A DNA stretch of 64,000 nt. Source: Tubulanus polymorphus. Its lineage: Eukaryota; Animalia; Nemertea. The position numbers and the translations under genes were made by a program. Shown here in pieces: positions 12,401 through 25,400 of the stretch; the stretch's first letter is position 1, and every line of letters begins with the position of its first letter. The notes beneath the pieces were generated by a model, which ran no database searches, had not been told where the DNA came from, and saw only the letters and a list, made by a program, of their open reading frames with translations. Where the stretch lies: NCBI RefSeq assembly GCF_964204645.1, contig NC_134032.1, forward strand, positions 12,016,275-12,080,274. Direction: 5' to 3'.

Positions 12401-12977
12401 GGTGCCGCAAGGCAAGAGTTTAGGGAAGATTATTTCAAAATTCATATTTACCGGTTGGTAGACCTTGACCTTTACACGACATGTATAATTTCTGTCCGAA
12501 GCCGATGTCATACAGCTCACCTAAAAAAAAACCAAAAAATAGCTTTTCTCAATCTAAAAATTCAATTAACTCAAAATCAGTCCAGGATCCAGATTATAGG
12601 GTAACCTACCATCGTCGGGACGAAGTTGTTTCTCTTCCTTTTGTAACGAGGCGTAATTCAAAAATGGCGGAATAAACAGAATGAGAATTACGTATTTGGC
12701 GTAGGTTAGATATCGTCTACAAGTCGCCACAAAACCGGACACCTTGAATTATAAATGAAAGAAAATAGAAAAGGAAATAGATTCAGTGGGCATGTTTTAG
12801 GCTAAATAAAATTTGATTTGTGAAATAAAATCTAACTTTTTTCAAGTTGTTGCTGCCATTTTTCTGCGGGTCCGAGTCAGATTCTGCATCTTCTGCTTCG
12901 TCATTTTCGTCCGGCTCCCTCTTTCTGGACACCAATACCGGAGGGGGCTTTGCGAGCTTCAAATTACGACGCTTCAT
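9416..12977 (-). CDS. Membrane-anchored alpha/beta-hydrolase-fold protein, 11 exons, probably catalytically altered
   Basis: Exons spliced by hand: 12837-12977 (MKRRNLKLAKPPP...), 12610-12742 (TM YVILILFIPPFLNYASL), 12452-12520 (GELYDIGFGQKLYMSCKGQGLPT), 12285-12361 (VILDAPTGMTSDVW), 11588-11760 (TCIYDRAGLGFSDRP), 11297-11416 (PFVLVGSELGALVSRFYA), ~11099-11180 (LILVDP), ~10834-10972, ~10398-10479, ~10206-10302, 9416-9601 (HFVINGADHRM...STR*). Phases are consistent and all introns are GT-AG. Confidence 0.88.
10550..10805 (+). repeat. ~77-bp dispersed/tandem repeat family; other copies ~5040-5160, 5385-5490, 11452-11500, 18010-18050, 41500-41590, 41790-41860, and inverted at 57280-57450 and 58305-58480
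   Basis: Unit ~CTGCACACTAGCGCACCTGGTGGATCCTCACTTGCCACAAGTGGAATCCTCTATTGCCGCAGTAGTTGATGCCCTA. About three tandem units here (CTAGTGGATC at 10571, 10647, 10724). Confidence 0.85.
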
Positions 12978-13164
12978 CGTTTTATTCAGCCGGTGACGTG
13001 CTATATTTAAATTGAAATTGAAATAAATTGATTGAATCTGCTTGCCTTTAAATGAAAATGGAAAATTCCGGATTCGAACCCGATTGCTGATTGGAATCAA
13101 TTCAACGCAAATCCACCGGCTATATTGGACAGAAAATAAAGCGTTCGAGATTCCAAAAACGAAA
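12978..13164. promoter_or_regulatory. Compact bidirectional promoter (hydrolase / TDP2)
   Basis: Only 187 bp between divergent ATGs (12977 and 13165). Contains GTGACGT and a reverse CCAAT (GATTGG). Confidence 0.7.
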
Positions 13165-16100
13165 ATGCACGAAATGAGCAGCTCTGGAAGCGAAGATGAA
13201 AGTAACCTCCCAGAGAAAGAGGTTTGTGCTAAGCTGTGCCGGGAATTTGCGGACGTAACAGGCACTGACACAGCCCTGGCGCAGTTTTATTTGCAAGAAA
13301 GTTGGAATCTGCAGGTAAATCAAAAGAAAAGGACTGGCCGGGTGGTAGTCAGTAACCTGTCTGTGGTTTAGTTTCACAATCGGATATTTTCACAAACCAC
13401 ATATATAACATGTTTTCACAAACCACATAAACCACATGTTGGTATAAGCCCATCCGATTATAAAAAGCTTACCACCAACGATTAGGTAACTAACTAGTAA
13501 CTAACTAGCCGGGTGGCTGTTACTTTACTTACTTACTGCCATGATACCTAATCTTTATCACGGGCAATCATGAGATACTTATTTTCTTCTTTACCACAAA
13601 GATTTACTTCTCCTCTACCGCATGTTACTAGATATTGTTTATTTGGTGAATGAAATTATCGGGATCTGCAAAGTATGCTTGTTGTTGAGACGAGTCATTT
13701 TCTCGATATCGTTTGAGTTCGGGACGGGTGACCTACTATTGAAAATCAATAATGACTGAGTGGCTGATAATGCGTTAATCGATATTTTGATGAATCTTCG
13801 AAATTGATGAATATTTTTTTTTGTTTGTTTTAAGACAGCTCTAAATGCATTCTACAGTCAAGCCTCTGATTCTCCACCGGCGCCGCCGCTGTCAAAAGAA
13901 TCCGGCGAAGAATCGTCACACAATCGTAAGAAGAGGAAGAAACCGACGACAGATACCGCGGCCCCTTCATCCTCATCTACTAGATCATCCTCATCTAATG
14001 AGAAAGATCAAAAATGGTTTGCATCATTTGTCGTTTCTCCAGCTTTTATTCAATTTCAGAAATGAACCATAGTTGATATACCGGTAACCGTCTTTCCTGT
14101 AGACAGATGTCATAACAGATTCTAGGTCAAGTCTTAGAATTAGACCTAAGACCAAACTTACCCGGGTAACCATCAGGGGCCGGTTGCATAGTCATGACTT
14201 ATACTAAAGACCAGTCTAAGACCAACTTAGTTCTATAGCCGATCTAACAACTTAAGACCAGTCTTAAGATTTAAGACAGTTGTGCAACACTGGGGTAAGG
14301 CATGATGGTGTTGCATTCACTATCAGCACTGAGTGACAAGCGGGTTCAAGTACTACTGGCTGCTTACAGAATGCGGGCATCGCTTTCAAAGGTTGTTGTC
14401 CCGTCTTTAGGTTAAATGATCAATTCTTAAGGGTTAAAGAAAAAACAAACATAAAGACCATTTTTGGGTAAATTTGATTCATAAACAAATTCTTGGGGCA
14501 TCTTGCAAAATCATCTGGTTTTCAGGTCTGTGCTACTGAATCTCGTTCCTTCCATCAACTGTATCGATTTGAAGAATATTTTCAATTTTCAGGGATATAC
14601 CAGATGGCGCTAGCGCAGCGGCTCGCGATCCTGATCCGTACAGGTTTCGGTTAATAACGTGGAATATAGATGGCCTCGACGATGTCAATTTGAAGTCGCG
14701 TATGACCGGCGTCGCAGAAGTCATCGCCAAGTGCGTAAACATTTCGTGAAAATGTTCATAAATTTGAAATTCTATAAGTTTATCTATGTCTGCTTACAAA
14801 ATTGTGAAAAGAAAATCATGAAATGCGTGGAAAAATCTAATAAAAGTGTCCGTCAAAATATTTTGATGCGCCATGTAATGCAGAGTTCAGAATTCATGGG
14901 CAAGCTGTGTCGAAATTTATTTCATTTCAATCTATCCTGATTGTGATCAGTAACCAATATGATTATCTTGATGAGCGAAAAGTTCAAAAACTTTGTGAAA
15001 TTTTTCGTGTAAAAAAATTGGAGAAAGCCGATTTTAGGTATTTTCATTTTCTTCCAGAGAGCAACCAGATGTTGTGTTTTTACAAGAAGTCGTTCCCGAG
15101 ACGTTTAAGTTGTTAAAATCGCGATTTTCCCGACAGTACCACTGTCTCCCCGGTGAATTCCAGGGTTACTTCACGACGATGTTGCTGAACAAGTCGACGG
15201 TGATGCCCGAACAACAGGAAGTCATACCGTTTTATACCAGTAAAATGTGTCGCAACCTGATGGTTGTTGAGGTATGAAAAACTATCTTTTTAAATCTAAG
15301 CAAAAAAGGATCTTTCCTAAAAGTGGCTACCTTCATAAGTCCCGCTATGACGTAATATCATTGAATTGTGATTTGGTCTAAAAACTCTTAACAAAATTCA
15401 TGGCTGCCACTTTGTTGAATCCCCCTATGACATCATCAATGCCGCTGTGAATCCCCCTTTGACATCATCAAATTGTGTAGTGATTTGATCAATGAAGGCT
15501 CAAGTAAATCGTGGCTGGCTACCATTTTTCTCCTATGACATCATCAAATTGCAGGGTGATGGTCCATGATGTTTAACAGAAAAATCATAGCTGCCACTAT
15601 TTGTCCCCCTATGACATCAAATTCAGTGATTTGAATTATGAACTCTCCCGAATAGAAAGGGGGCCTCTGAATGATAGCTATGACGCCATCAAATCACAAT
15701 CGCTCTACTCTCTGTTTTTAGGCTAATATTAAAGGCGTTCCTGTATTGTTGATAACGACGCACCTAGAGAGTACGAAACCACATAAAGCGGAACGTCTGC
15801 GCCAACTGACTGCCGCGTTTAAAAAAGTGACTGAAGCCGATAATTCGCGGACAGTTATTTTCGGCGGAGATTTGAATTTGAGGGATGAAGAGGTTGGTAA
15901 CAGTTTTGACAATTTTCTTGATAAGAGAATTTTTCAAGAAAACCATTACAGTTGTGTGGGTTTTATTTGCTTCTGTACCCATTTTCAATTTGACTCTGTA
16001 CCCAGTTTCACAGTGCGCATTTTTGGAGTCTTTTACTAACTGCCTTCTATATTATCATCGTTGCAGTTGGCGAGTATAGGTGGCGCTCCCGACGGTGTAT

Positions 16101-16366
16101 ACGACGCGTGGGAACTCGGCGGCAAACGACCGGTTGCGAAATACACGTGGGACTTGAGCAAAAACGACAACAAACAAATGCCGGGCAAATCGCAACCGAA
16201 ATTGCGTTTCGATCGTTTGTACGTGCGTCACTCGAAACCGAAAGCGAACGTGAAATTAGTTTATTTCGAATTGTGCGGCATCGAGCGGTTGAAGAGTTGC
16301 CAGCGTTTTCCTAGCGACCACTGGGGGATATTGACCCATTATGACATCGTCGATGGCGATAATTAG
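13165..16366 (+). CDS. TDP2: Tyrosyl-DNA phosphodiesterase 2 (N-terminal UBA-like domain plus EEP nuclease domain), 6 exons; alternative ATG at 13174
   Basis: CREFADVTGTDTALAQFYLQESWNLQ|TALNAFY (UBA-like), LITWNIDGLD, PDVVFLQEV, THLEST, VIFGGDLNLRD, YTWD...LRFDRLY, FPSDHWG. Confidence 0.95.
13350..13505 (+). repeat. Dispersed repeat shared with 18828-18930 and ~19970-20050
   Basis: CAGTAACCTGTCTGTGGTTTAGTTTCAC...AGCCCATCCGATTATAAAAGCTTACCAC...GATTAGGTAACTAA occurs at both main loci. Confidence 0.7.
15320..15695 (+). repeat. Degenerate minisatellite (TGGCTGCC...CCCCTATGACATCAT); same family at 40700-41070
   Basis: Repeated CCCCTATGACATCATC cores in a TDP2 intron and in a WDR35 intron. Confidence 0.7.
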
Positions 16367-17465
16367 AGATGTTCGTCGGACAGAGTTGCGGTTGTATCCC
16401 TGCCTTTAACTGAATAGCTCGTTATATGATCCGTTGGAACATTGCCAGTTGTCTCTTAAGAATGTTTTATACCGGTATGTTCAATTTGAAGAAAATTGTC
16501 TAAGAATTCAAAGTTGGCCGTTTGAAACTTTCTGAATGTGTTGAAAGTTGTCCTCTTGAAACTTTCCGAATTTATTAGAGATGCCCAATTTCCGCACGCA
16601 TTTTTACAAAAAGTTCTACCAAACTGGTAACTGTGAGTCCTATGTGCTAGTACGACATTGAAAAAATTGTAATTTCCTATTTCGTTAATTGTAAAAACTA
16701 TAGTTTTGTTCTGGTCAGAGGTAGTCATTTCCTTTGAAAAAATATATTTTCCATAAAAAATGAATGATTTTTATTTGAAAGTGGATTTGGTTTTTTAAGA
16801 GGTTTTGATTAGGCCTATATTTCTGGTAAATCAATCATGTTCCAATCAAGGACAGGTCGCCTCGTTCGTTCACAACAACGTTGGTAATTATGGACATTTA
16901 TTCATTAAATCATTAAAGGTTGCGCTTGGTGAATTCGCCCTACGAAAAAAAGCATTCCGCTACGCATCCTGTGGCACGCGAGTAGATCAGGACAACCTAT
17001 GGCAAGCGAGTAAACAGTGTTTGGTCAGCCAGCTGTGGCACGCGAGTATACACAGTTCGGTATCGATCTGCTGTGGCAAGTGAACGCGGAAGTGAAATAG
17101 CTGTCAAAAATGGAAATGATACCCAAGAAGTTAATGAAATTCAGCGATTATGTAAATAACGGAGATTAAAATCACTTCCAGCCAGAAATAATGCGCAATA
17201 AACAATAAATATAAGTCAACTGTAGAGGTGAGGTTGATATTTTTACACACCAGAAAAATTGGGGTACAAAAAACGAGGAAATGGGATCGTTCTATTATGT
17301 CTAATAAATAACACTTTATGAAGTAGCCTATTTAGTAATAATGTGCTTTTTTACAGAATTTCTTGTTAACCGTTAGAAATTATTTTTGTATCTTCTTCAC
17401 AGAAACAGATAGTTTTCTACTGCAGTGGCGACTGGTGCGTTGTGTGTGAGTGGTTCGATTGTAAT

Positions 17466-20400
17466 ATGATGGCTACTTACGACATCGTTGATGAAGATCA
17501 AGTGAATTTACTGCAGCCGCAAACGTTGAGTATCGAATTACAAAAGAAAGCCTACATGGAACTGAACGAGAAAGCCGAATGGAGGTCGCGCGATATCCAG
17601 GCCTTGAGAGACATGGTCATCGCTCATCCGGGTTAGTATTGTATTGTAGGCTAACTAGGTTTCGATGAGCGTCTTGTAGGCTTAGATGATGTCCTTGGCT
17701 ACTGCACATAGTCATCTTTGCTTGCCAGGGTTTAATTGACAAATCTCATGCCAACACAAACCGTGGTCACAGTTCCTTTGTCAGTCTATAACACTGCCCA
17801 AGATTTCCTGGCTACCACCAGTCTATATATCTAGCCAATCTGCTGGTGAAAAACAACGCATCTGATTGGCTAGGTATGGACAGGTGGCCGCCCAACAGTG
17901 TGATGTGCCAATGAATCTTGGTCGGTGTAGTAGACTAATGGTCTGCGGCCAGGGTTTGTGTTGGCATGAGCCTCACTGGGAGACGATCAAACCTTGTCTA
18001 GCGAGCTCAGTATGCACAGTAGTGACACCTGGCGGTCCTCACTTGCCACAACCGGTATTTCTACATAGCGTCATTGTTGTCTTTCTATTGTAGGTCTAAC
18101 AGCTCGCACGGACGATGCATTTCTACTGCGCTTTCTTCGCGCTCGTAAATTCGACTACGACCGCGCATTCAAATTGCTCGTCAATCATTACAAAATTCAA
18201 AAGAAATATCCGGAAATTTATTCCGATTTCCGTCCATCGACCGTTAAACACGTATTCGACGACGGTATCGTGAACGTGCTTCCATCGCGAGACCGATTCG
18301 GCTGTCGGATTCTCGTTCAACGTCCCGGTGAGTTCAATAAGCTGCAACCAATCCTTATGGCAACCTGACTTGAGAGCATACAGGGTAGCCTCAATCAGTC
18401 AGTTTTGGTGGTACATATCTTATAAAAGTCTTATTAGGACCAGAATGCATTGGCAGTCGACCTAAATCATCATTTTTTAATCCATTTGAAACTGTATTGA
18501 AGGATATCCAAAAAATCTGAATTGAGAGGGGTTCCTGAGAGATTTGAAAGTTTAACAATATTTTTCCATGCCTACCAACTGAAATTTGATGCGTAGGCAT
18601 GGAAACATATTGTTAAACTTTCAAATCATGGAGTCACTTCTCTTCATTTAACCCCTTTCAGTGAAGACTCTTTGGATATCCTTCAATACAGTTTCAAATG
18701 GATTTAAGAATGATGATTTAGGTCGACTGCCTGTCCTTTCTGGTCCTTTTATCAGGTATGTACTACCAAAAATGACTGAGCTAGGCCACCTGGAATGCTC
18801 TCAAGTCAGATTGAAATAGACATTATTCAGTAACCTGTCTGTGGTTTAGTTTCACGATATTTCGGATATTTTCATAAACCACAGCCCATCCGATTATAAA
18901 AGCTTACCACTAATGATTAGGTAACTAATTACAACCATCCCTTACCCTCAAACATCAGGGATCAACATCTTGAACCAAAATGTCTACTGGAGGTGGTTGT
19001 TGTTCACATTCGTGAAAGGATATAACTTGTAAATATTCAAGCCTATTTCAGTCTTAATGGATTTCATAGAGCAGTGCTGCCAACTGTTCCTGAATTTCAA
19101 TATTGGTTACTATTATATAACCAGAAATACTGATTTGATGCATACAGAAATATGAAAGATGTTACTAAGGGTCTTACTGTTGATTACTGATTGATTTAAG
19201 CATGTTCTTTCATATTTCAATGAAATGTTACTGAAAATAGTTCAATTTGTAACTGATAGCAATTTTCAGCCCTGATAAAGGAAAACCCACGATATCAGTT
19301 CAACAAATATTGTTGTGTTCATATTCGAATGAACTCCTCAGAAGTTGAGTAGACGGATTCTACCCGAAACATAAGAAAAAGAAAACATTAACAGTTGTTT
19401 CAATTGATATTGTGGGGATGATATTCTCAGGATATTTCCGAAAGAGTCTGGATGAACAAAGTTATGATTTAGAAATAAGATTTCATCGAAAAATTGCAAC
19501 ATTTCGGATTCAAAATATGATGATTTATGTATGCAATAAATTGTTACAGGTTTATACGACGCTGTAAATATGCCGTACTCCGTAAATGATGCTTTTAAAG
19601 CGACTTTAATCACTTTGGAGAAACTAGTTGAGGTAGGTCGGATATAGGATCAGAGCGAAATCTACTGAGTCCAGATCCTCAATTAGCATTTGAAGTCGGA
19701 AGATTAATTGACTGAAAATATTAAAACCACTTCGAATTTGTTCAACTAAGACTCAGCTCACAGTTTCACTCATATTCTTGGTTTAGTTACTTTTTAACAA
19801 AAGCAACAATACGGTGGTCTCAGTAGCTGAGTGAGATAAGGTGTGATGCCGTCGTGAGGTTAAATGAATAATTCAATAGGGTGCGTCTTGGAAAACCAAG
19901 ATCTAAGCGACGTAAAGCCAAAACAAGCAATATACCTCACCTCCTTCAATAACCAGACCACGATTTAGTCAGTAACCTATCCGTGGTTTACTCGGTAACC
20001 TGTCTGGGGTTAATCAGTATAATCTGTCTGCAGTTTAGTTTCATAATCAGATATAACAACTCTTTGATATTCTAGCCTATTTAATTACAAAAGTTAAACG
20101 GTTAGCTACCCCCTCCTAGGCTTCACCACTCAAACGATATTTTCAATATTCAGGAGGAGGAGACTCAGATCAACGGTATTCAAGTGATAGTAGATTTGAC
20201 CGGGGTCGGATGGCCGTTAGCGAAATGCCTGGCGAGGTACAGCAGTCCGAGTATGATGGTGAATATTATGCAAGACGCGTTCCCGATGCGGGTTAAAGGC
20301 GTTCATCACATTCACGAACCGAAAGTTTTCGGTTATATATTCAACCTGATTAAACCGTTTCTCAAAGAGAAATTAGCAAAACGGGTAAGCCACCTTTGTG

Positions 20401-21495
20401 GAACCACCTGATGTCATCTGAATATGAATTAACCTTAACTGAAGAAGTTCCCTACTTATACACATCATCAAATAACTACATAGACTCTTGAGAAAATAAA
20501 GACCCCCATGATATCACTATCTTCATCAGATTTTTGTGAGGAGACATAGTTTGAGTTTGCACATTCCCAATAGGCAGGCGTTAAAACATCTAGTTACAAA
20601 ATTGTTTAAGTTAAGATAGTTGCCTAGCTGGTTGTGATATTTTGATTTTTACAAAAAAAATTCAGATTAAGTATTTACCTGTAGCCTGTTATTTGAATAA
20701 TAGTCATTTTGTTAACAAAATCTTGTTCTAAGAAAACTTGCCTAGTCCAATACCATATATACGGTACTCTCCATTGTAAGATCATGTACATAGTCTAGCG
20801 AAAATAGCTGTTTCAGTATATCTCCCTATGACATTATTAACTGCTGCGTTGATATCCTGTTAATGATCATTAATTTCTTTCAGATTCATTTTCACCGTTC
20901 CGACTTAGAGAAATGTTTTTACAACGAATTCCCGCGAGAGATTTTACCGAGAGACATTCAACTGGGAGGTTACTGCGACCCATTACCTTCACAGGTTAGT
21001 GTTGCTCTGAATAGGGGACTGATTCTGAATCTTGTTCTGAATAGGGCACCGATAGTTAACTACAGTTGATCAAACCTTGATTCTAACAAGTTCTTGAAAA
21101 AAAAATCTGGTTTAGTTGCACAGATGTATCATCAGTACGATAGTGTTTAGTTGTTATGAGCTGAGCAAAATAAGATGGAATTAAGTGAAAATCTGAATTC
21201 AAGATTGGAAAGATAAAATAGGAAATCACAGAATAAAGTTTGTTTTTGGTCGAGTTAGTCAAAGTGGAAGTTGGCCATTTCTAAGTTTACCGTACATACA
21301 AGTGTGTTGAATTACGCATTATATTTCTGTTCGCAGTGGTGGACTGATATCGTAATGGCTGCCGAAGAGGAATTCGAGGGCTACAAGAAACACTGTCTCG
21401 ACGAAGTTCGTTTGATGGAAGCGCCACCTACGACTGACGAGCTGACTCAATGCGGCGTCCTGATCGGTCCTTACATGAAATTACCCTCGTCTTGA
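17466..21495 (+). CDS. CRAL-TRIO lipid-binding protein (alpha-tocopherol transfer protein-like / clavesin-like), 6 coding exons
   Basis: KAYMELNEKAEWRSRDIQALRDMV, RTDDAFLLRFLRARKFDYDRAFKLL, LPSRDRFGCRIL, GLYDAVNMPYSVNDAFKATLITLEKLVE (~19550-19632), EEETQINGIQVIVDLTG...QDAFPMRVKGVHHIHEP...IKPFLKEKLAKR, IHFH...ILPRDIQLGG. Confidence 0.92.
18361..18813. mobile_element. Foldback/MITE, almost fully palindromic ~450 bp
   Basis: ~170-bp arms (CAACCTGACTTGAGAGCAT... / ...ATGCTCTCAAGTCAGATTG) around a central palindrome GATTTGAAAGTTTAACAATAT...ATATTGTTAAACTTTCAAATC. Confidence 0.8.
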
Positions 21496-22122
21496 CATCG
21501 CTCAATAGAAGGCGCTTTCGTATTGATGTATCCTTACTGGAAAGATGGCTGTCATAAAGTTGTCGATTCGATTGTTGACGTCATAGTGATTTCTGGAGGC
21601 GGCCATCTTTTCAAGAATAGGGTTTGGATGCAGATTCAAATGCAGCTTTGCTTAGCAACAACATGATTAACAGCAAGTTCTTCCAAAATTAATAATTGGT
21701 TATTTGATTACCCGGGTAGTTGTAATTAAGAAACTCAGTATTTCAATCGGTACCCAGTTCCACAGTTTCGAGCATCAGTTAAGCGAAAAAAGGTTAACTT
21801 ATCTGAATTTGAATTGAATATTCTAGGCAATAACAAAATGATACGTTGTTTTTTCCTAATCAGTCGGGTCGTATAATAAAATGCAATACAATTTGTAATC
21901 AGTTCATTTCTATAACTGTCGGGTCTGGTTAGCTTGATCGTGATTTAAAAAAAGTAATCTACAGGGTAGATAGGCGCCAACTTTTAAGCCCAGCAGAAAG
22001 GAGAAACAATTAGGGGATCAATTTTTTAGCCTTACTCCTTTCAGATCTTAACTCGAATACTGTGGAACCGTGGCCTTAGATTCTAGCTTTTTCTAGATTA
22101 TTATTATCAAGTGAAATCAATG

Positions 22123-22405
22123 CAGAAGCGGATCCAAGAGCGAGCTTTAGGGGATCTCGACCCCCCTTACTCTGTGTGCGAAAATTTTCTGATAGTGATT
22201 GATACTGATCATATTAATGATGAGACTAGAACCACAATTCAAATATTTATCGATCGCTATTTCGGCGTCTGCACACATTTTCGTGAATGAAATTCTCTTC
22301 TCAGGAGATTTATGCAATTTTCATCGAAACATGGAAGAATTAATTATATCTGAGAAACCACTGCACTTGACCCCCCTCTGCTCATATTTCTGGATCTGCT
22401 CCTGC
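22123..22405. mobile_element. Short non-autonomous DNA transposon (hAT-like ends)
   Basis: CAGAAGCGGATCCA ... TGGATCTGCTCCTG imperfect TIRs with G/C-run subtermini. Confidence 0.5.
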
Positions 22406-25400
22406 AACGCTTACATCGAAAGCAATATCCACACAGTTGCCTTATAGGAAGTTACTGGGGAACTAGTTTTAGACGCCTTCCATGTAAATCTGATAACCGT
22501 ATAAAGTGCAAAACAGAAGAAAATCAAATTTTCTTTGAACAACGAAATTGTTCTGACGAAAATCTCTAAAGATTTAAATGCATATATGTTTGATAAGAGA
22601 ATTGTGCATTCAAGAGAACTATTACTGAACAAGTCTTCGATAGTAGATATTAAGATCAAATCCTGATTACTTGTAGGTGTGATGGCATGATGTCTAGGAT
22701 TCTCCCCAAATCTGCCTCTGGGGTGGTCGACTTTTCTTCCACCCAGCAGAGCTTCCATCGGCAATATTTAAAATGAGATTTTATATATATTTTAACTATG
22801 TGTATAAACTAGGTATCTATATATTTTGATTGTTAATTTATGTGGTTTTATTCAAATTGTTAGTTCTATGTATGAACATGTATATATGTGTTTAAACAAA
22901 GTTTTATTTGAAACTACAACTGGGTACATTTCTAACCCTGTAATCACAGTCTTCAACATAAACAATTTTCTGTTCCCAACAAATAACTTGAATGTTTAGC
23001 CCCAAGTCAGCGTAGAATTTTAACAAGTCTGATCTTTACAACAGTTAGAGACTGAGTCTACGGCATTTCTTAAAACTCTTACTCAGTACAGTAATCCAGT
23101 ATTTGACACCAAGAAGCCAGGCTAGAATTTGAGCAGTCTTTTTGAACGAACTTCCAACCCAATTGAATAGATATTTATGTAAACATACAACGTATTTACC
23201 GATCAAAGAAGTTGCAATTTTAGCAGGTTTTCCTATCTCACTACAAGGACTAAAGATCTTGATGAATGTATTTTTGAATAATTCAATGGTTTATGAGTGA
23301 GAATTATATTTGTAAGCACATAATTGTTCCAACACAAAATATATTGCAAACGAAAAAATATATGCATCGAAATAAATATCTATTCTATCTATTCTAACGA
23401 AAACATGTTCTTTTCAAGCTTGTAAGTTTTCACCCCTCACTTGGTTTGTAGAAGTAAAGTTAAAGCTATAAGAAGCACATTTTCAGCTCATTTTGCGGAA
23501 CAAAACTTGCACTTTCTGCATATCATGATTGATTTGTCAAAATGAAAATTCGGAAGAAGTAAATTGGAATAACTTCTATTGGAAAGTGGCCTTAAAGTCA
23601 TAATTAAAAGAATAAGTTCATTAAATGAAGCGTTAACGTTGATGGAATTGGCGATTGAAACAACTCTGCCAGCCACCGCAAAAATAGCGATCTTGACCGT
23701 CTAGTGCTGTCGCCCATAGAGAGCGGGTAAAACGTGAACTAATGTCACATAACACTCGCTTACCAGTCTTTGGAAAGTAGTGGACAAACAATTTACCGAT
23801 TTGCGGGCTGGATTCCCGAAAAGGGGATTATCCTTTGGAGATGATTTGAGAAGAGTTACTGTCTGAGGGTTAATTTTCGAAGGGGTCTATTAAGGCTATT
23901 TTAGGAGTAATTGCCTAGGGGTGACTATGTCAATGACTCAGTGGAGTTGTAAAGGGACCGCTGGGGGGAGGCTCCGGCGCGGCGCCCAACCCCAACACAC
24001 AGTATTTAGTTAATAAAAACACTATTTCTCATCATGTTTCCATGTCACACATTTTCATTACCACGAAAATATTGTTTCGTTCGTAAAACGAGAGGCTGCG
24101 TAGTAACAATGAAGTATAAGCATGTTTTTAGTTATTCCGAAAACTACTGAATGCCTCTAAGATTTGAAGTATTAAAAACCCAGCACACTAGCATCGGCTA
24201 CGAAACATAGTTGCCCTATTTTTCTGCATCCCTTTGAAGAAATCTTACATTTGTGGATTTGAACGATTTTCGCGCACTTTAATTAGTACGTAGGATACTC
24301 TCGCAATTGCCTGAACAATAGTAACCACACGAAGCTAGGGCTGGTTAGAATCTACATGTTGTCAACATGTATGAACGACGCTACAATAATAAAACAAGAC
24401 GAATATAAGACGAACCATTACAAAACGACTACGAGTCTACGGCGCAACGAACATTCAAGAAACAGCTTGTTGATAGGGGATTACGACGACTTGAACAGGC
24501 ATCGCCGTTATATTTCCCTCTGGAGCTGGGGCAACATGCCTTTGCCAAGGTTCGTAGTTATTCGAAATATAATTTCTGAATCATATTATACAAAATGTAT
24601 ATTTCTACTTGACTTGAGAGGACGGGTAGCCTATAGCTCAGTCGATTTGATGGTAGGCCTGCATGTAAAAGTAAAGTGAAAGTCTTGACCAGGACGGCCT
24701 GCAACTGAACTAAAACATTGTTTTTACGGATTGCAAAAAAGTATTAATCGAAGAAGAAATGCTTGACTCCTTTGATTTGATTGTTCAACAATATGTTTCC
24801 ATGCCCGAATAGCATAGTATCATCGTGTTGAAACATTGTCGTTCGAAAAAGTTGACATTTTTTTCTGATAACAAGTACGTAAAGTGGTTACAATCACTAA
24901 TGTATTTCGTCTAGAATCGAGGGGAAGGTATGTCACTCTTATGCAGGTTAATTATATCTAATAAGTACTACTCATGCCTTATGTTGGTAAACATATATGT
25001 GTGTCTGCTGTTATTAGACTCACTGGATGGGGATGAGGACTCACGCAATTATTCATTTCTGACTCTCTGGTATCCCACTGTGGACTCTGGTATCCCTTGA
25101 CGACCATCAGCCTAACTGCCGGCATCCATAATCCAAAGATCAATATTACACATTGATGTACATGTGTCAGGCGAATTCCCGAACAATGGTGAATGGTTTT
25201 GATGAAAATATCATAAGAGTATATCAAATATCAGCAGGAGGCCGGCGGGCTACAAAAAGAACCACGGCGTGAAAAAAATTTTATAGATGGTTAGGTGAAA
25301 GTTTCTTAATTTAAATTTACACAGGATTTATACAAATCAATTATAACAGCGTTTAAACATGCGAATTTTCGCGTCCTTTGGGTCGCGGATTCAGTGGAGG

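Noticed and set aside
12783-13271. 162-aa minus-strand ORF as a stand-alone gene
   Set aside because: Only 12837-12977 is coding (exon 1 of the hydrolase). The rest is promoter and antisense to TDP2 exon 1.
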